Counted from the stretch's first letter, positions 1 through 14,786 are shown. The stretch: 64,000 bases of DNA from Spizellomyces punctatus DAOM BR117 (GCA_000182565.2 KQ257470.1), one strand, 5' to 3'. The notes: a model not told the origin generated them from the letters alone. Made by a program: numbers and translations.

Positions 1-5
1 TTCAG

Positions 6-1659
6 ATATATCCCGAGTGCACTTTGGCCAATCCTAGTCATCATACCGCCTGTGGTACCTTTCAAACAGTCGGTTCGAAGTCGGGCACCGTTACGTGGCC
101 AGTTCATCGAGCCGGCCGTGGTAAATACTCGCGCCACGATGCACCTTTTGCGTGGGACGAGAGTGGAAAGCCATGTTATCTATCTCCTACTGTAAAAGCA
201 CTCGTTGCCACAGGTGGCACCGTGGCAGCTCATATCACATGCAGTGAAGAAAGGAGGGAAAAACTATTACGTCGTGTTGGAACCGTTTGGGAAGTCGTGA
301 AGAATCGCGTCGTGACGTTAGGTGATCCCGCAGGTGGCCAACCGCTTGCTAAGGTAATTCACGAAAGTTCGAAGTCATCGCTCCAAAACTTGGAGGCATC
401 TACATCATATTCCTTCAATCAACCCGCTGGGCTACCTTATAAATCTACTCGCCCGATAACCCAATATTTCGCCGGACAGTGGGCGACTACCACGAATTCA
501 CTTGTCGATGGTTCGTTGAGGGACGTAAACTTGTCTACTATTTTGAGCAATGTCGCACAAACTGTTCCCTCGAAGGAGTCACTTGGTATTCAGAAGCATG
601 CAGATCGTGAGGATTCGGGAATGGGCCTGGAAGAACAACCCTCGGTAATTGAGGAAGTTCGATCGGTCGTTAATAGTGTCCCGGTGCAAACTTCAGGTAC
701 AAAAGAAATCCCACCCGCCACGGAAAATCACAACTCTCCAGTGCCCGGAGCATGCACCGGGACTACCCGCCAATCAAAACCGGTGGAGATCGTGGAAGGG
801 TTGGATGTGATAGCAGATGTCCACGATGCACAGGTCTCTAATTATTTGGGTCTCTGTGCACTGAAATTGGAAAGAGAGCATGGGCAGAAGAAGAAGCAGA
901 AAAAGGAGATGGCTGTTACCCCAGCTGTGGAATTTTTTGAATCCGCTGCTGAACGAGACTCGGCATCAGCTGCCTATAATGCTGGTCTTTGCCATGAATA
1001 TGCAATTGGAGGAGTTAAACGCGTGGATTCAGTGCGCGCGGTGGTGCTGTACCGTCAAGCCGCCGTCGCGGGCCACAAGGCCGCGCAATACAACTTGGGA
1101 ATCCTTCTGTTGCGCAGGGNNNNNNNNNNNNNNNNNNNNNNNNNNNNNNNNNNNNNNNNNNNNNNNNNNNNNNNNNNNNNNNNNNNNNNNNNNNNNNNNN
1201 NNNNNNNNNNNNNNNNNNNACCCTGCAAATTGAGGACGATTTGATTGATGCGTTGAAAGACATCCTCTCAATCTCGCCCAGGAGTGTATGCGACGCGAAG
1301 ACGATCAACTCACCGCGTATGTAACCGCAGCTAAGGGTGGCTCGCGACTTGCGGCATATAATGCGGGCGTTATTTGTGAAAGGAGAGGGGATATTGGACG
1401 TGCAATCCATTGGTACAAGATGGCGACAAATTCTGCAGATGTGGACATTCAGAGAGGTATGTGCGCCAGGAGATCTCTTCATTGGAACAACACATGTTTC
1501 TGAACTGCGTGCCCGACAGATGCCCACTACAATATCGGTGTTTTGCTGAGGCACACGGATGCGGTAGATGCAATTAAACACTTGAAGGCAGCATCAAGAC
1601 TAGGAGACACCGAAGCACGTGCCTGCCTGAAAGAAATGGGACAGCTACATAAATTATAG
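6..1659 (+). CDS. Sel1/SLR-repeat protein (DELE1-like architecture), 5'-partial, spans assembly gap
   Basis: Sel1 motifs AAYNAGLCHEYAIGG, YRQAAVAGHKAAQYNLG, AAYNAGVICE and AHYNIGVLL. GT-AG intron ~1457-1519; TAG at 1657-1659; N-gap at 1120-1219; start lies upstream of the window. Confidence 0.75.
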
Positions 1660-1871
1660 CAATACACATGAAGGATAATGGGACCTGGAGCGCTGGGACG
1701 TGCTTCAGGTTAAACTACTGTTGGTTGGGAATCTGGGACAATGGCATATCACTATGATTAGATATTCGTATATAGAGGGAAGGTCAAGGATATTGTGTAC
1801 ATATACTGGCATATATCGAGTCTATTTCTTTTGTCGCCAAGATGCTCTTATTTCTTTTGACTGTCGTTTCA

Positions 1872-3484
1872 TTATCGCCCTTTGAAGTAGGTAAACCTTG
1901 ACGTATACATTGTTTGTTGCCCGACTTTAAACATTCTAGCGTATTTTAGGAGGATGGCATCTAGCTGCTTGGTCGTCGGAGCCAAATCCGAAACTAGCAA
2001 CAGATAATGGTTGCTACAAATTGCCAGAGATATCAAAACATTGTCAACTTACTGTAAGGCACAATATCTTCATGAGCCCATCGTTTGCGTACTTGGAATA
2101 GAGCTTCGAATCGTGGCTTTTCGTGCATGGGCAATAGGTCCTTGGGGTAATATTGGATGACGGACCCATTGGGTTCCTCCTCTAATAAAAAAAGACCCTA
2201 GAAGTCCAAGACATCACCTTTTAGCAATCAGAGTATGCGACTATTTGTGCAGCGGAGAACTCACTTGCAGCATTGGCAGATCGATATGAAATGGTTCAGG
2301 GACAGCTTCTCGCCATCGATTTAGAAATGTGCTTAATTTGGTCCGTCGAGTCTAGAACCCCAGCATGAATACCTAGACATTTCGCTAGATGAGAACAACG
2401 GAGGGACCTCACTTCAGCATTGGCCAGCAGCTGTTTGCCAAAAAACCGCCCAATTTTATGTTCCGAGAGCTTGAATATTGGGTCTGCCGGAATGATTCCA
2501 GTTATTTCCCATCATTCCTGCGTGGGTGTAATAAGTTGATCTACCTCTGTCACCCGATACGTCTGGGCTCTCCGAAAAGCGTATCAACGTATGCCGCACT
2601 ATGTAATCTGGTGCATCCGCTTCTGCCATCATCGAAACACAATGCGACAGAGGCAGTCGATCAAAGGGTATGTCGTCCGCCACAGCTGATACTAATAAAA
2701 ATTTGAGGATTGACTCTTGATAGCCGGGATCGACCAATCGCCAGAATCCTGGATGATGATCCCTACTTTAAGTTTGATATTGTATCATTTATTAGAGTAG
2801 AGGCTTACCATCAATCTCCAAAGCCCCTAAAGTTTCCAGTCCTTGCAACAGTTCAGCATCACTTGCTTGAATAATGTTTTGAAGAGACTTTGTCGTATGG
2901 AGCTCGACTTCCTCATTCTCTCTGCTCTATGAATAATTCCAGAAATATTCGCTCCTCAGCATCGGAGAATGACCAGAAATGTTTCCATTGCCTCTTCACC
3001 TACCCGTCGGGCCTGCGTTCTGGCCTCCTCAGTTGGCCCTCGGTATGGCGCATCTTCCAACACCGTTCGCAACCGATCCACCCTCGGCTGACATGGTGTC
3101 AGTTCCCAATAAGATGATAAGGAATCTTGAATTTCATAGCCAGTGTTGAGGGTTGGTTGTGAATGGTCGCCTGTAGGTCGCGCGAAGAGCATTGTATTTG
3201 AACTTTGCACATTGCTTATGGAATAAGTCATTGTTTTGGTGCACACTACAGCATTGTCCGTCTCGAGGCCCCTTATTATAAGACTTGGTGATAGTGGAGC
3301 TCCTAGTTAGGTTCCTAGGACCCTAGATCTCCTGAATAACTAAAATCACACACCTTCCCGAATTCTCATTCTCATTATTTGGCAAGTGATCCAAGACTTC
3401 TTTTGGTAGCTCAATTAGGGTATATTCATTGATGTTGGGATGGAATTGTGGCGAGAATATCAATGCGGCTTCCTGTCCAGTCAT
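1872..3484 (-). CDS. DCC1: Sister chromatid cohesion protein Dcc1 (Ctf18-RFC subunit), multi-exon
   Basis: Spliced product contains IIRGLETDNAVVCTKTMTYSISNVQSSNTML and a C-terminal RFEALFQVRKRW...LLKYAR, both typical of Dcc1. ATG at 3484, TAA at 1872-1874. Confidence 0.85.
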
Positions 3485-3577
3485 GGTTATGAGATAGGCA
3501 TGTAATTGGCCTTTGAGAAGACGAGGCGGAGATCCTGGTGGTCATGACTCAGCACTATCTGTCCAGATCAGTCGGAC

Positions 3578-3589
3578 ATCACGCGTGAT
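3578..3589. promoter_or_regulatory. Palindromic ACGCGT (MCB-like) element upstream of DCC1
   Basis: Perfect palindrome ATCACGCGTGAT about 95 bp upstream of the DCC1 ATG; ACGCGT is the fungal MluI cell-cycle box. Confidence 0.35.
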
Positions 3590-4191
3590 TTCTCGCACTC
3601 CTGCCGTAAAATCCCACATACACGAGTTGCCAACACTACCCTTGGGTGACGCTATTACCGCAACTCCCCAATGCAAAGACCATTGACCATGCGCATGCCC
3701 ATACACTCGTTTACCAAGATATGGGGAATGAACTAGCATTAATGTTTCTGGATTTCTATGTTTTGCAGGCCACTTTCTTTCGAGGCCACTTTGCCAGCAA
3801 TCTCGAGCGGAGTATGCATAAGGTCCAAGCGCTCCTCCAGTACCACTAGCAGTGTCTGAATGTCACTACGTAAGGGGTTTGCCGGTCTGCGCCAATAGAA
3901 ACCAGCAGGATATCACGCATAGTTTTAGCAGAGCGACAGCCGTTGTTGGACGGCACAGTGTAGAATATGAGGCTTGCACAAAGCCGAATACTATTCTTAC
4001 AATACGGCCGGCAAACTAATTTACTACTACGCTGTCGAACGGCAATGGTCGTGTTTACCAATATTCTACGAGTTTCCTTGTTGCTATGGAAACCACGAGA
4101 AGGATCTGGACGAGATCGTCAACTCAAGATGGGGATCTGTCATTTAACTAGCCTTCTCCCAACCTGAACTTCAAGTGTTCTGCCAGCTAGA

Positions 4192-5634
4192 ATGTCACAG
4201 TACGTACCGCTATGGAAGTTGATGCTTTAAAGCAAACCAGGCATTAGCCACTCACTGTCATTTGTAGCCCCCGCACGTTCTTTGACATAACAATTGGAGA
4301 CGAGCCGGCGGGCCGCATCGTGTTTGAGCTTTATAACGATGTGGTTCCTAAGACAGCCGAGAACTTTCGTGCCCTCTGCACCGGAGAGGTGACATCCAAG
4401 TCGAGAGGAGTGCCATTGACGTATAAAGGAAGCACCTTCCATCGCGTGATAAAAGGGTTTATGATTCAAGGTGGCGACTTTACAAGGGTAAGTGTGCTTA
4501 ATGCTATGTACTTTGCAGCTTTGATTGATCTTCTACCTCCTGGAAAGGGTGATGGAACCGGAGGAGAGAGCATTTATGGGGAGAAATTTGAAGATGAGAA
4601 ATTCGAATACGTCCATGATAAACCTGGCTTGTTGAGTATGGCAAATGCTGGTCCCAACACGAACGGAAGGTAAAGATTTGTCTTCCTGCATTTGCGAAAA
4701 CTGGATTCCTCAAACAATTTTCAGCCAGTTCTTCATCACGACCGTCCCGACGCCTCATCTCAACGGAAAACACGTTGTGTTCGGTCGAGTCTTGAAGGTT
4801 AGCTGTCATGAACGACGTTACTCATTACGATAACTATAATTTCTGACTGCTCCTCACGTAGGGTATGAACATTGTAAGACGTATTGAAAACCTCCCAACC
4901 AAAGCGCAGGATCGACCAGAGGAACCTGTCGTTATCGCGGACTGTGGAGAGATTGCCGAAGGTGCCGACGACGGTGTTCCACCACCGACCGATGGCGATA
5001 GTTACGAAGAATATCCAGAAGATATGGGTGAAGAGAAACCCGCGGACGACCTATTGAAGATTGCTGGAGAAGTCAAAGCTTTGGGTAACGAGAAGTTCAA
5101 GAAAGGCGACTATAACGCAGCAGCAGAGAAATACAGCAAGGCTGTCCGCTACCTTAATGCAATACATCCCAGTCCAGAAGACGTGAAGGAATTATCTTTG
5201 GAACAGAAGAAAACTTTCTTTAGTACAAAGACGTCTTGTCTGTTGAACACTGCGATGGTATAGTAGCGCTTTGTGATTCTGCTAATCGTGTATCATGACG
5301 CAATGTTCTCACATTCACGGTAAAGTGCCATCTGAAGCTGACTTCATGGCGGAAAGCTGCCTCCTCAGCGACTCTTGTCCTTGACTTGGCAAAATCTCTA
5401 GAAAACCAGACAGATTTGAGCGTTTCATCGGGCGATTTATGCAAGGCGTACTTTCGTAGAGGGCAGGCGCTAGCCAAGTTGAACGATTTTGAAGGGGCGC
5501 TCGTGGATCTCCAGGCGGCGCAGAAATTATCCCCAGAGGATAAACTGATTCAGCGGGAGGTCGCTCTTGCACAGAAGGCAATAAAGGACAGAGTGGAAAA
5601 AGAGAAGCGCACGTACGCAAAAATGTTTGCATAG
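4192..5634 (+). CDS. CPR6: Cyclophilin-40-type peptidyl-prolyl isomerase with C-terminal TPRs
   Basis: MSHPRTFFD after splicing; [42 protein letters not shown] and HVVFGRV; TPR region [13 protein letters not shown] and AYFRRGQA; ends YAKMFA*. Confidence 0.93.
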
Positions 5635-5875
5635 TCGACCACTGCTGAAGAAATGACTGCCTATTACACTGGGATTTGTCAAGATTTACTTGGAAGTAGA
5701 TAGATTGTGTTGCAACCAGTGGTGATTTAATCAATGTACACTCATGCATGGGAGTGTAATGAGAATTGTGAGGTAATAATAATATATTGCTTCAATATTA
5801 TTCCATTGGCTGTCCCTGATAACTCCCTTATTTATAACTACATGGACGTGGGATCCATTTATACCTCGACCGTCT

Positions 5876-7504
<1,629 letters not shown>

Positions 7505-7707
7505 AGTGGATGTAGTTCAGTAAAAGGTGTGTATAATCTGGGATGGACGCCGAAGGCCTTGACGCCTCAAGAGCATCTGAAGAATGGATATCCGCTTTGT
7601 TTGGTCATCGTAAGCGACGCGACGGGTTAGGTCAGCGCTTGAATGGGAGAGTGTTTTGGCATTTGACTGTGCAAAATCCCCATCTTGCTGCTTTGGTTGC
7701 TACAGCC

Positions 7708-8176
7708 ATGGGGACAGCGAGCGGATCGACTAGTGCTCCAACGGCGCGGCCACTGTCTGCCCATGTCATCGATGCCGCCATGCAAGAGAAACTCAATCAT
7801 GACAAGGTAGTTATCTCGTGCATTTCGCTTGCAGGTCTTTCGCTCTGCAATGAAGCCGATAGGCAACTCTTTGGGTAGATCCAACTACGAATAGAAAATG
7901 AGCACTACATTCGAAAGCATCCAGAAATCAAACATATTCTGGACTATTTCATGACGGAAGTTTTGACCCATCAACCGAGTAACGTACAAGAATTTGCCGC
8001 AGGTGGGGATTTAATAAAGTTCAGAACGAACGTCTATGCACATCAATGAGTGACAGGTTGACATTCTTCTGTCCTCAGCTGTACTATCCGACCCAGATCT
8101 GCGGGCGAAGGTGGAGAAACACAAAATCCAGGCTCAGCAGTTTGATGAAACACTTGGCCACAGCGATAAACCCTAA
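7708..8176 (+). CDS. RIIAD1: RIIa (D/D) domain protein, RIIAD1-like, 3 exons
   Basis: Spliced sequence KIQLRIENEHYIRKHPEIKHILDYFMTEVLTHQPSNVQEFAA..LSDPDL; GT-AG introns; TAA at 8174-8176. Confidence 0.72.
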
Positions 8177-8491
8177 CCCGCGTTGGTAACCATCCCGTCC
8201 CCAATCATCACTACCATCCGAATACCATTTTCTCGTCCACGGCTATGGAACGGACGTGCGTCGATACGTTTCACAAAGTAAATATATAAGGACTACTGGG
8301 TAGCATTCCGCGACAGCTATTACCACGCGCCATCGACTTCCAGATAAAACACCTAGCCAGTCTGCATGTTGATAAACTAACTACAATTATATACAATCAT
8401 TTGCTCTTGCAACTCAGTTGGAAATCAGATTCCTGAATTTGCCCCGAGTCCGCTGTACGTGTCGTTCCGTCTGCCACTCTCCCTTTCGCAA

Positions 8492-9525
8492 TCACGTTCG
8501 GCTATCGGAAGGCGCCTTCCCAGCATCAGTTTCCCCAGCAGGATGTCCCAAATCTAGGGAATCCCTTTCAACAACGCCGTTTGGTTTTCCAGTGTCAGCA
8601 TCCCTCAAAAGAAGTTGTGATTTAAGCTCCTCATTCTCGTGTCTAAGATCATCATTCTCATCCTCTAACTCCTTGATTCTTTGTTCGAGTTCCATAACAT
8701 ATGTTTTTTTCTTCTGCCGACATTCTTTCGCAGCAATTCGATTTCGCATCAATCGACGCTGTCGTCTTTCTTCCTGAGAAAGACTGCGGGATACCCGATG
8801 TGTGCCCGTTAAAGATGGTGGCGCTGGTGCAATGGGTAAATGTTGGGGAAGGAGCGTGTTGGAGGTCGCGGGCGGAGGTGCAACTTTTGAATTGGCCTGC
8901 GTCTGAAACGGGTTGCCGGTGGCGGACGGGAGGGTGAGACCAGAGAGAAGTGGGATCGCATTGGCTGCTGGGTTGGCGGCAAGTACGCTTGTGGCCTTTA
9001 ATTAGCCAAAAACTAGTTGATAAGAGGAGGAGCAACCAATTGAAATGGCCAAGGTGACGTAAATACCTGAGAGAGGCGATGCTGTAAGACCGCGGTGTTT
9101 ATAGCATGAAGCAATGCGGCGTGTGCCTGAGCGTGCATTGTCTCGGAAGGTATGTTGTGGGGAATCCCAATGCCAGGTATGGAGGACGTTGTGTGGGGCC
9201 TATTGATCATGCCATCGTTATGCGACTAAAACATACGCAAATGTCACAAACGAGTTCCTCCAAAGCCTTGTACAAGTCCACGTTTTCTACACACCTGTTC
9301 ATCAATGTGACCATGCTGGGCTTCCGCATGTTTCTCGGCTTCGTCAATGTGCTCGTTTGATGCCGCCTCAGCAGAATTTGATTGCAATATCATATCGCTG
9401 TGAGCGTTGGGCAGAGCCATTTGTTGTGCCATGTGCGTCTCAGCGACATGTCGGTGAAGAGAAGCGCTGTCTAAGGTATGTGATAACGGTTGTGATAGGC
9501 CAAGTTGTAAGACTTCCGTCGACAT
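8492..9525 (-). CDS. bZIP transcription factor (CREB/ATF-like), multi-exon; start approximate
   Basis: Basic region RRQRRLMRNRIAAKECRQKKKTY followed by leucine zipper LEQRIKELEDENDDLRHENEELKSQL; upstream low-complexity exons with GT-AG ends. Confidence 0.82.
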
Positions 9526-10014
9526 ATTCACTATCCCAATCGACTAACTGTAAGGGACCAGCAGGCGGGAGCTTATAAGCAACAAGCGCGCTCGGGAAAC
9601 CGTTGATGTGTCTGCGGAGGGGTGTTATCGGTATGCTGTACATCGAAGGGTACTCAGAGTCAGGATTGCGAGGAAGCCGGCAAATGCGCCGGGGTTTGAA
9701 GTTGAAGAGAATTCGGAACCCTACAGACAGGAAGGAAAGGGCAGAAGACTGTCGTCTAGAAAGAATGGCTGTATTCTTTATGGTACCAGTAACGGTGAGA
9801 AGAAGATGATGCTGGTGATCTCGCAAGTTCAATCCCAAACGGTTTGGGCACCGCGACGATCGGGGTCGACTGAGGTGGCTTTACGTGAGATGCGTTAAGA
9901 CTGGTTTAAAAATGATGACGGCGTGTGGCGCAGTGAGGCGCTGACAAAGCGATCGCGCAGACTCTTTGACTTGCCGCTCCTCCATGTGGTGTCCATTACA
10001 TTCTCACGCTTCAG

Positions 10015-11088
10015 ATGAGACTTTGGATTCGCTATCAAGATGCACCGGATGCTAAACCGGTCCTAGTTCCTGATAACGCAGAGTTTTGCGTTCACGATTT
10101 GAAGGTTTTGGCATTGTCTACGCGTCGAGACCTGGATGCACAGGACCCATCTTTTCTAGTGGTTTGGGAGGATAACAGGAGAGTAAGGCCCGGAGAGCGG
10201 GTGCGTGAACTACAAGGTGGATGGGATGACAGGAGTGCGTTAATTATAGGGTGGTCCAGAAGAGATTCTATGGACGCGCCGGTCAAAAGCGAAGGAAAGG
10301 ATGCAGACAGCACACTCAAAACTGGGCGGAGCAGGGTGACTACCGAGATTGGGGAAGGTCTTGACAGCGGAAGCAAAAAGAGGAGAAAGGTTGATATGAA
10401 GGCCAAGGAAACCAGTATGGCCCGACAAAGTCAAGTCATTGATTTGGATGCGTTTGACTCTGCCAACGCAGTTGATGGAAAACTGACCACATCCGCGAGT
10501 GTGGCATCACCGAAATATTTAGCCCCTGCTTCAAATCTACATATCACATCCGCATCGCCCGCTTCTCGCTCTCGGTCCACTCCGAAAACACCCACCTCAG
10601 CTCGAGACTTATTTGAAGTGGTTTGCATTAACTATACCGTGTGTAAGTCGTCGACACTCCTTCCGACATCTGATGCTGGACGGCAACGCTACGTCTGCGT
10701 CAACCCTATTTGCAAGCGTGTACAAGCCCCGACTTCTCGTGGGCTTCTTTGTAAGATTTGTGGGACCATGTGCAACCAGAGCGGTGGAATGTCCAGCAAA
10801 AACAGCTATGTAATTCACGCGTGGGATTTGCACCGAAGTTTCATGCCGCCCGATCCCAGCACAGGATATCTAGATAAAGCTGACAATGACGCGAAATTGC
10901 GATCCTTGAGTCCTGCAAGTATGCTGCTTGATGCAAACTCAAAGGACCGACCAAAGAGGAGGCCTTCTGCAAATCCACATATCTGTAACCCCTCCATCGG
11001 TCAACCGTGCTGGTTCTGCAGTCGGGTAAATGGTCGCGAACTGGACAATGATCGACGCCTGAACAAAAGGGATAGTCCGCTGTCATAG
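10015..11088 (+). CDS. Hypothetical intron-less protein: ubiquitin-like/CRN-type header, NLS-like basic patch, Cys-rich motifs
   Basis: 357-aa ORF. The N-terminus LWIRY...VHDLK...RPG...GG...ALII resembles fungal Ubl/Crinkler headers. KKRRK patch; CxxC pairs (CVNPIC, CKIC, CWFC). Confidence 0.65.
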   Translation: MRLWIRYQDAPDAKPVLVPDNAEFCVHDLKVLALSTRRDLDAQDPSFLVVWEDNRRVRPGERVRELQGGWDDRSALIIGWSRRDSMDAPVKSEGKDADSTLKTGRSRVTTEIGEGLDSGSKKRRKVDMKAKETSMARQSQVIDLDAFDSANAVDGKLTTSASVASPKYLAPASNLHITSASPASRSRSTPKTPTSARDLFEVVCINYTVCKSSTLLPTSDAGRQRYVCVNPICKRVQAPTSRGLLCKICGTMCNQSGGMSSKNSYVIHAWDLHRSFMPPDPSTGYLDKADNDAKLRSLSPASMLLDANSKDRPKRRPSANPHICNPSIGQPCWFCSRVNGRELDNDRRLNKRDSPLS

Positions 11089-11243
11089 TCGCTAAGCCAA
11101 GCTTTTGAATGCCACATCAGTAGCAATTGTACCGATGAGAAGCAAACCATTCATGGCAGCCCAAGTAGGCATGCGCTGTTAGTGTGCGTCTTGCTGTATT
11201 ACGCTTTCAATTTGTAAAAAAAGTTGCAATATGATAGTTTGAA

Positions 11244-12713
11244 CTATAAATGGAAGTCAACGAGCTTTATCCTAGCAGGATTTTGCTCATCCCGCTCAAC
11301 CACGTCCGCTCGAAGCAGCATCTCCACATGGGGAGGATAATATGTTCCGTTCAAAAGAGTGATATATGGATCATCAGGTGTCGTTTCGAATTGCTGTAGC
11401 AATTGCTAATGGAAATCATGCTCAGAGATGTGATCACGGACCCCAATAGATGTGCTACTTACGTCGATAATATTCATCAGAGACAGTTGGGTGACTGAGT
11501 GACATGTTTCAGGAGCGAGCTCAGCTCCATCGTCACGCTCCAAAGGTCGCTTTCGCTCACTCTAATTGCGCGATGTGAGACCAACTGGTGGGCCCTTCTA
11601 CATTATTCAACTAGTACGTACGCCCATAATTGCCGGAAGAGGATAATGACGCTGAACGAAAGCACGGAGGGTCTTTTCAAACTCATTGCATTCCTCCTGC
11701 AACCGTTCCTTGACTTCCTTTTGTTTTCTGTCGACAGGGGCGTAACGTTATGAACAAAGTCGAAAATAGTGGGCGTGGTGTAACATACTGTAAGATTGCA
11801 ACGTTAGCTCCTTTTGCTTTCACTGTATCTTCGACGCAATTCCGAAGATCATCCCGCTTCTGCTCCAGAAATTGTTCAATGCCTTGTTCGCTGCATGCGG
11901 TTACAAGACAGTTAGGTCATTGCAAAATTTGAAGAAACCCGCACAATATAACCGTACCTCTCCTTCCGATTCAGCTCTTTCCACAACTGGTTTTCCAGTG
12001 CAGTCAATCCTTCATCAGACTGGTATTGATCCACAATTTCTACAACTTCCTTTCGAACTCGTGCGTCCAGAACAATTTCATCATCATTTTCAAAGACTAG
12101 CATATCTGAGAGGCACACATCGCTCAATCACCAAATAGAGAAGTGTACAAATTGCATCATCTTGCACACCTCGCTTCCTCTGCTCAAGTTCTGCTCTTAG
12201 TGCCCGTTCTTTCTCCTGCAAAATTGCTTTACGTTGTGCCGCATTCATCCTCATAGCTTCCTCGCCAGATACGGTTGTCCCGGGAATTGGACTTTTGAAA
12301 ACATGGGGTCGTTGTGATCTTGATCGAAGTTGCTTTTGAACCTGAGATGCGGTAACAACGTGCATTAGAACTACTCGCGGCTACATAGCGCTAAATATTA
12401 ACTCGCCCACCTGTTCGAGTTGTTCCAGGGCATCTTTACATTGTTTTTTCACCTTCTCCAGTGCAATATCAACACTCTCCAGATAGCCTGTTTCCAATAT
12501 TGAAGGTGCCGTGGACTCGGAAGCATCTGGTTCGAGAGCTTTGGCAATTCTATCTTCATATGAAAATGAAAACGAGTCAAGAAGACGGTTGACTTGCTCT
12601 TCCTTCAGGACTGTCTTGACTGGGTGAGAGCGGGGCTTCGTAGGACTGGGGACATCTTTGGAAACTTGAGAAAGGCGACGGTTTTGCTGCGACAGAGGTG
12701 TTGAGTGGTCCAT
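11244..12713 (-). CDS. CENPK: Centromere protein K (Sim4/Mcm22 family), multi-exon
   Basis: Coiled-coil exons ending DPYITLLNGTYYPPHVEMLLRADVVERDEQNPARIKLVDFHL*, matching the CENP-K C-terminal signature. Confidence 0.8.
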
Positions 12714-12853
12714 GATATGAAAGTTAAGCAAGCAGACCCTCATCTCCAATGCGCAGCACTGTGACTCAACTGTTTCCTTGGCAACCGCAAGAGATTGACT
12801 TGACGGGATGGCTAGCATGCAAAAAGCAGCAAATCCATATCACCATAAATACC

Positions 12854-13324
12854 ATGGCACCTGTCCACAATCTCTGCTCACAAATACAGAACAGCTTTCG
12901 ATGGAAGCTCCGCCGTGTTGCGGTCCCACACAGCGCGACCAACCGAGCGATCTGCCAAATTTTGTATGAAGAAGGTTTTGTCTCTACGCTAGCATCCGGG
13001 GATGAGACAGGACCTTTTCAGAGAGGAGTAGAAGTTCCGATAACTCCAGACAATATTGCACGACGAAAGATCTGGCTCGATCTGAAGTACCGAGATGGAC
13101 AGGCGGTTCTACAGAAGATGCGGGCCGTCTCCAAACCATCGAGAAGAATATTTGCATCTGTGGAGGAGCTACAGGCGATTGCAGCGGCCAGAAGAGCGGG
13201 ACCTTTGCTGAAGGGACAAGAAGTCGGACAAGTCACCATTCTAGACACACCATACGGAATTATTGAGCTGAAGGAAGCGTTGACGAAAGAGGTGGGCGGT
13301 GAAGTCTTGTGCATAGCAGCATAG
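12854..13324 (+). CDS. MRPS8: Mitochondrial ribosomal protein uS8m
   Basis: HNLCSQIQN, ILYEEGFVS, WLDLKYRDG, VSKPSRRIF and GGEVLCIA: S8 family, fungal mitochondrial type. Confidence 0.9.
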   Translation: MAPVHNLCSQIQNSFRWKLRRVAVPHSATNRAICQILYEEGFVSTLASGDETGPFQRGVEVPITPDNIARRKIWLDLKYRDGQAVLQKMRAVSKPSRRIFASVEELQAIAAARRAGPLLKGQEVGQVTILDTPYGIIELKEALTKEVGGEVLCIAA

Positions 13325-14786
13325 ATTTGCGCTGGTGATGAACGACTACGGAGAGATAGTGGAACAGCAAGGTTTACTGCTCACAGGATAGACATTGTAG
13401 GAAAGATTGGAAATGGAGCGGGGTTTTGGAGGGCGTGTTGGATATTTGCATGGAACACTATTGTATATTACACTTATTAGACGCTGTAACATGCCTGAAG
13501 GCTGGTGATCTTCAAGACAACAAGCGCTCAAAGGAATAACGCTATCATGATGATGGTTCTGTCCCTTTCTCCCCTGAAAGAGTGTAAGCATATCATTCGC
13601 CACGAATCATCAAGCATATTGGAATGGACAGGCTGGCCTGTTTAAACTTCCACCTTCTTCTTCACATACACGTTTGTCACTCATTCCTTACCATTCTCCC
13701 GAGAGCGTCAGTAGTCATTCGGTAATAATTCATGTAGCATCTCACATTACAAGGTATGTCCTATTCCGCAAAAGAGCGTGCGTTCGATGGTCCAAGTGTC
13801 TTCATAAACAGATCAAAGTGCATCCTTTTGCGGTTGAGATCCTACTGCAAGAAGGTTGGTGTTAAGGTCATCCATGCGCTCGGATCGTTGATTGGAACCG
13901 TAATCATGCTGCCTGTATGCATTCCGATTCAAGAAGGATAGCTGAACCTTGCACTATATCGCCGCTTACTGTCCAACCAATTTCTTTGATGCAAGCTGTT
14001 CCATCTCAGGCTTCCATGACATCATGTGATGATAAATGTCGCAACCTTGCTGCTGGCGTGTTCAACACGACGGTTCCAGAAAAGATTTAGGCGGCTGCAA
14101 TGACACCTGGTGATGTGGAGGAGAGGCTCTTGACAAAAAGAAAATGATGACGGACTGCCTGGAGCTTTCCAGAGCGAAAAATCTGAGTTCATCAGGAACC
14201 AGCAAGGAGTGTGCTAATGTTGTGGAAGTATCGAGGCAGTGCCAACCAGCTGTCGAACACACCACGCTCGTTGCGGCCAAAATGGTGTGCAAATGCTGCT
14301 CTCACCGGAGCTTTGCACCTGTCGGCAGCGCTCCTTTTTGTCAAGCACGAGCTGCACGACGTTTTTACTCCTTACAAACAATAGTCATGCATCGATTAAG
14401 GTTCATCTACCGCCCTCCAAAAAAAAACCCCAACGCATAAAAGTCAACACCCAACTTCCCGACCTGCCAAATACGCGCTGGTTGTTTTCCATTTTTCTAT
14501 TTTTTTTTAGACGGCGGCCTAAAGAAAGAAAGCCAGAAGCCAAAACACGTTTTAAGGAAAGGGCCGCCTTGGAACACTCAGAACTGATTAAAGTTATGCG
14601 CAGTGATTGCGCATATTCATAAAAAAAAGAAGAGAATTAAAAACCAAAAAAAAAAAAAAAAGTTGGACCAAAGTCAGAATCGGAGCTCTTTGAACGTTGA
14701 GGTTCTTTTGGCGCTCATCGATTCCATTTGTTTGGCGAGAGCCCAGCATCTGTCCAGTACTGAAACCCTCACAATTTGACTGTCCA

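Noticed and set aside
1120-1219. N-runs (also 61279-61378 and 62351-62450) and the X-containing ORFs crossing them
   Set aside because: These are 100-N scaffold placeholders; reading frames across them are not meaningful.
14410-14661. Poly-A/T tracts as a retroelement tail
   Set aside because: No target-site duplication or RT remnant; they look like ordinary promoter poly(dA:dT) tracts upstream of the ThrE-like gene.
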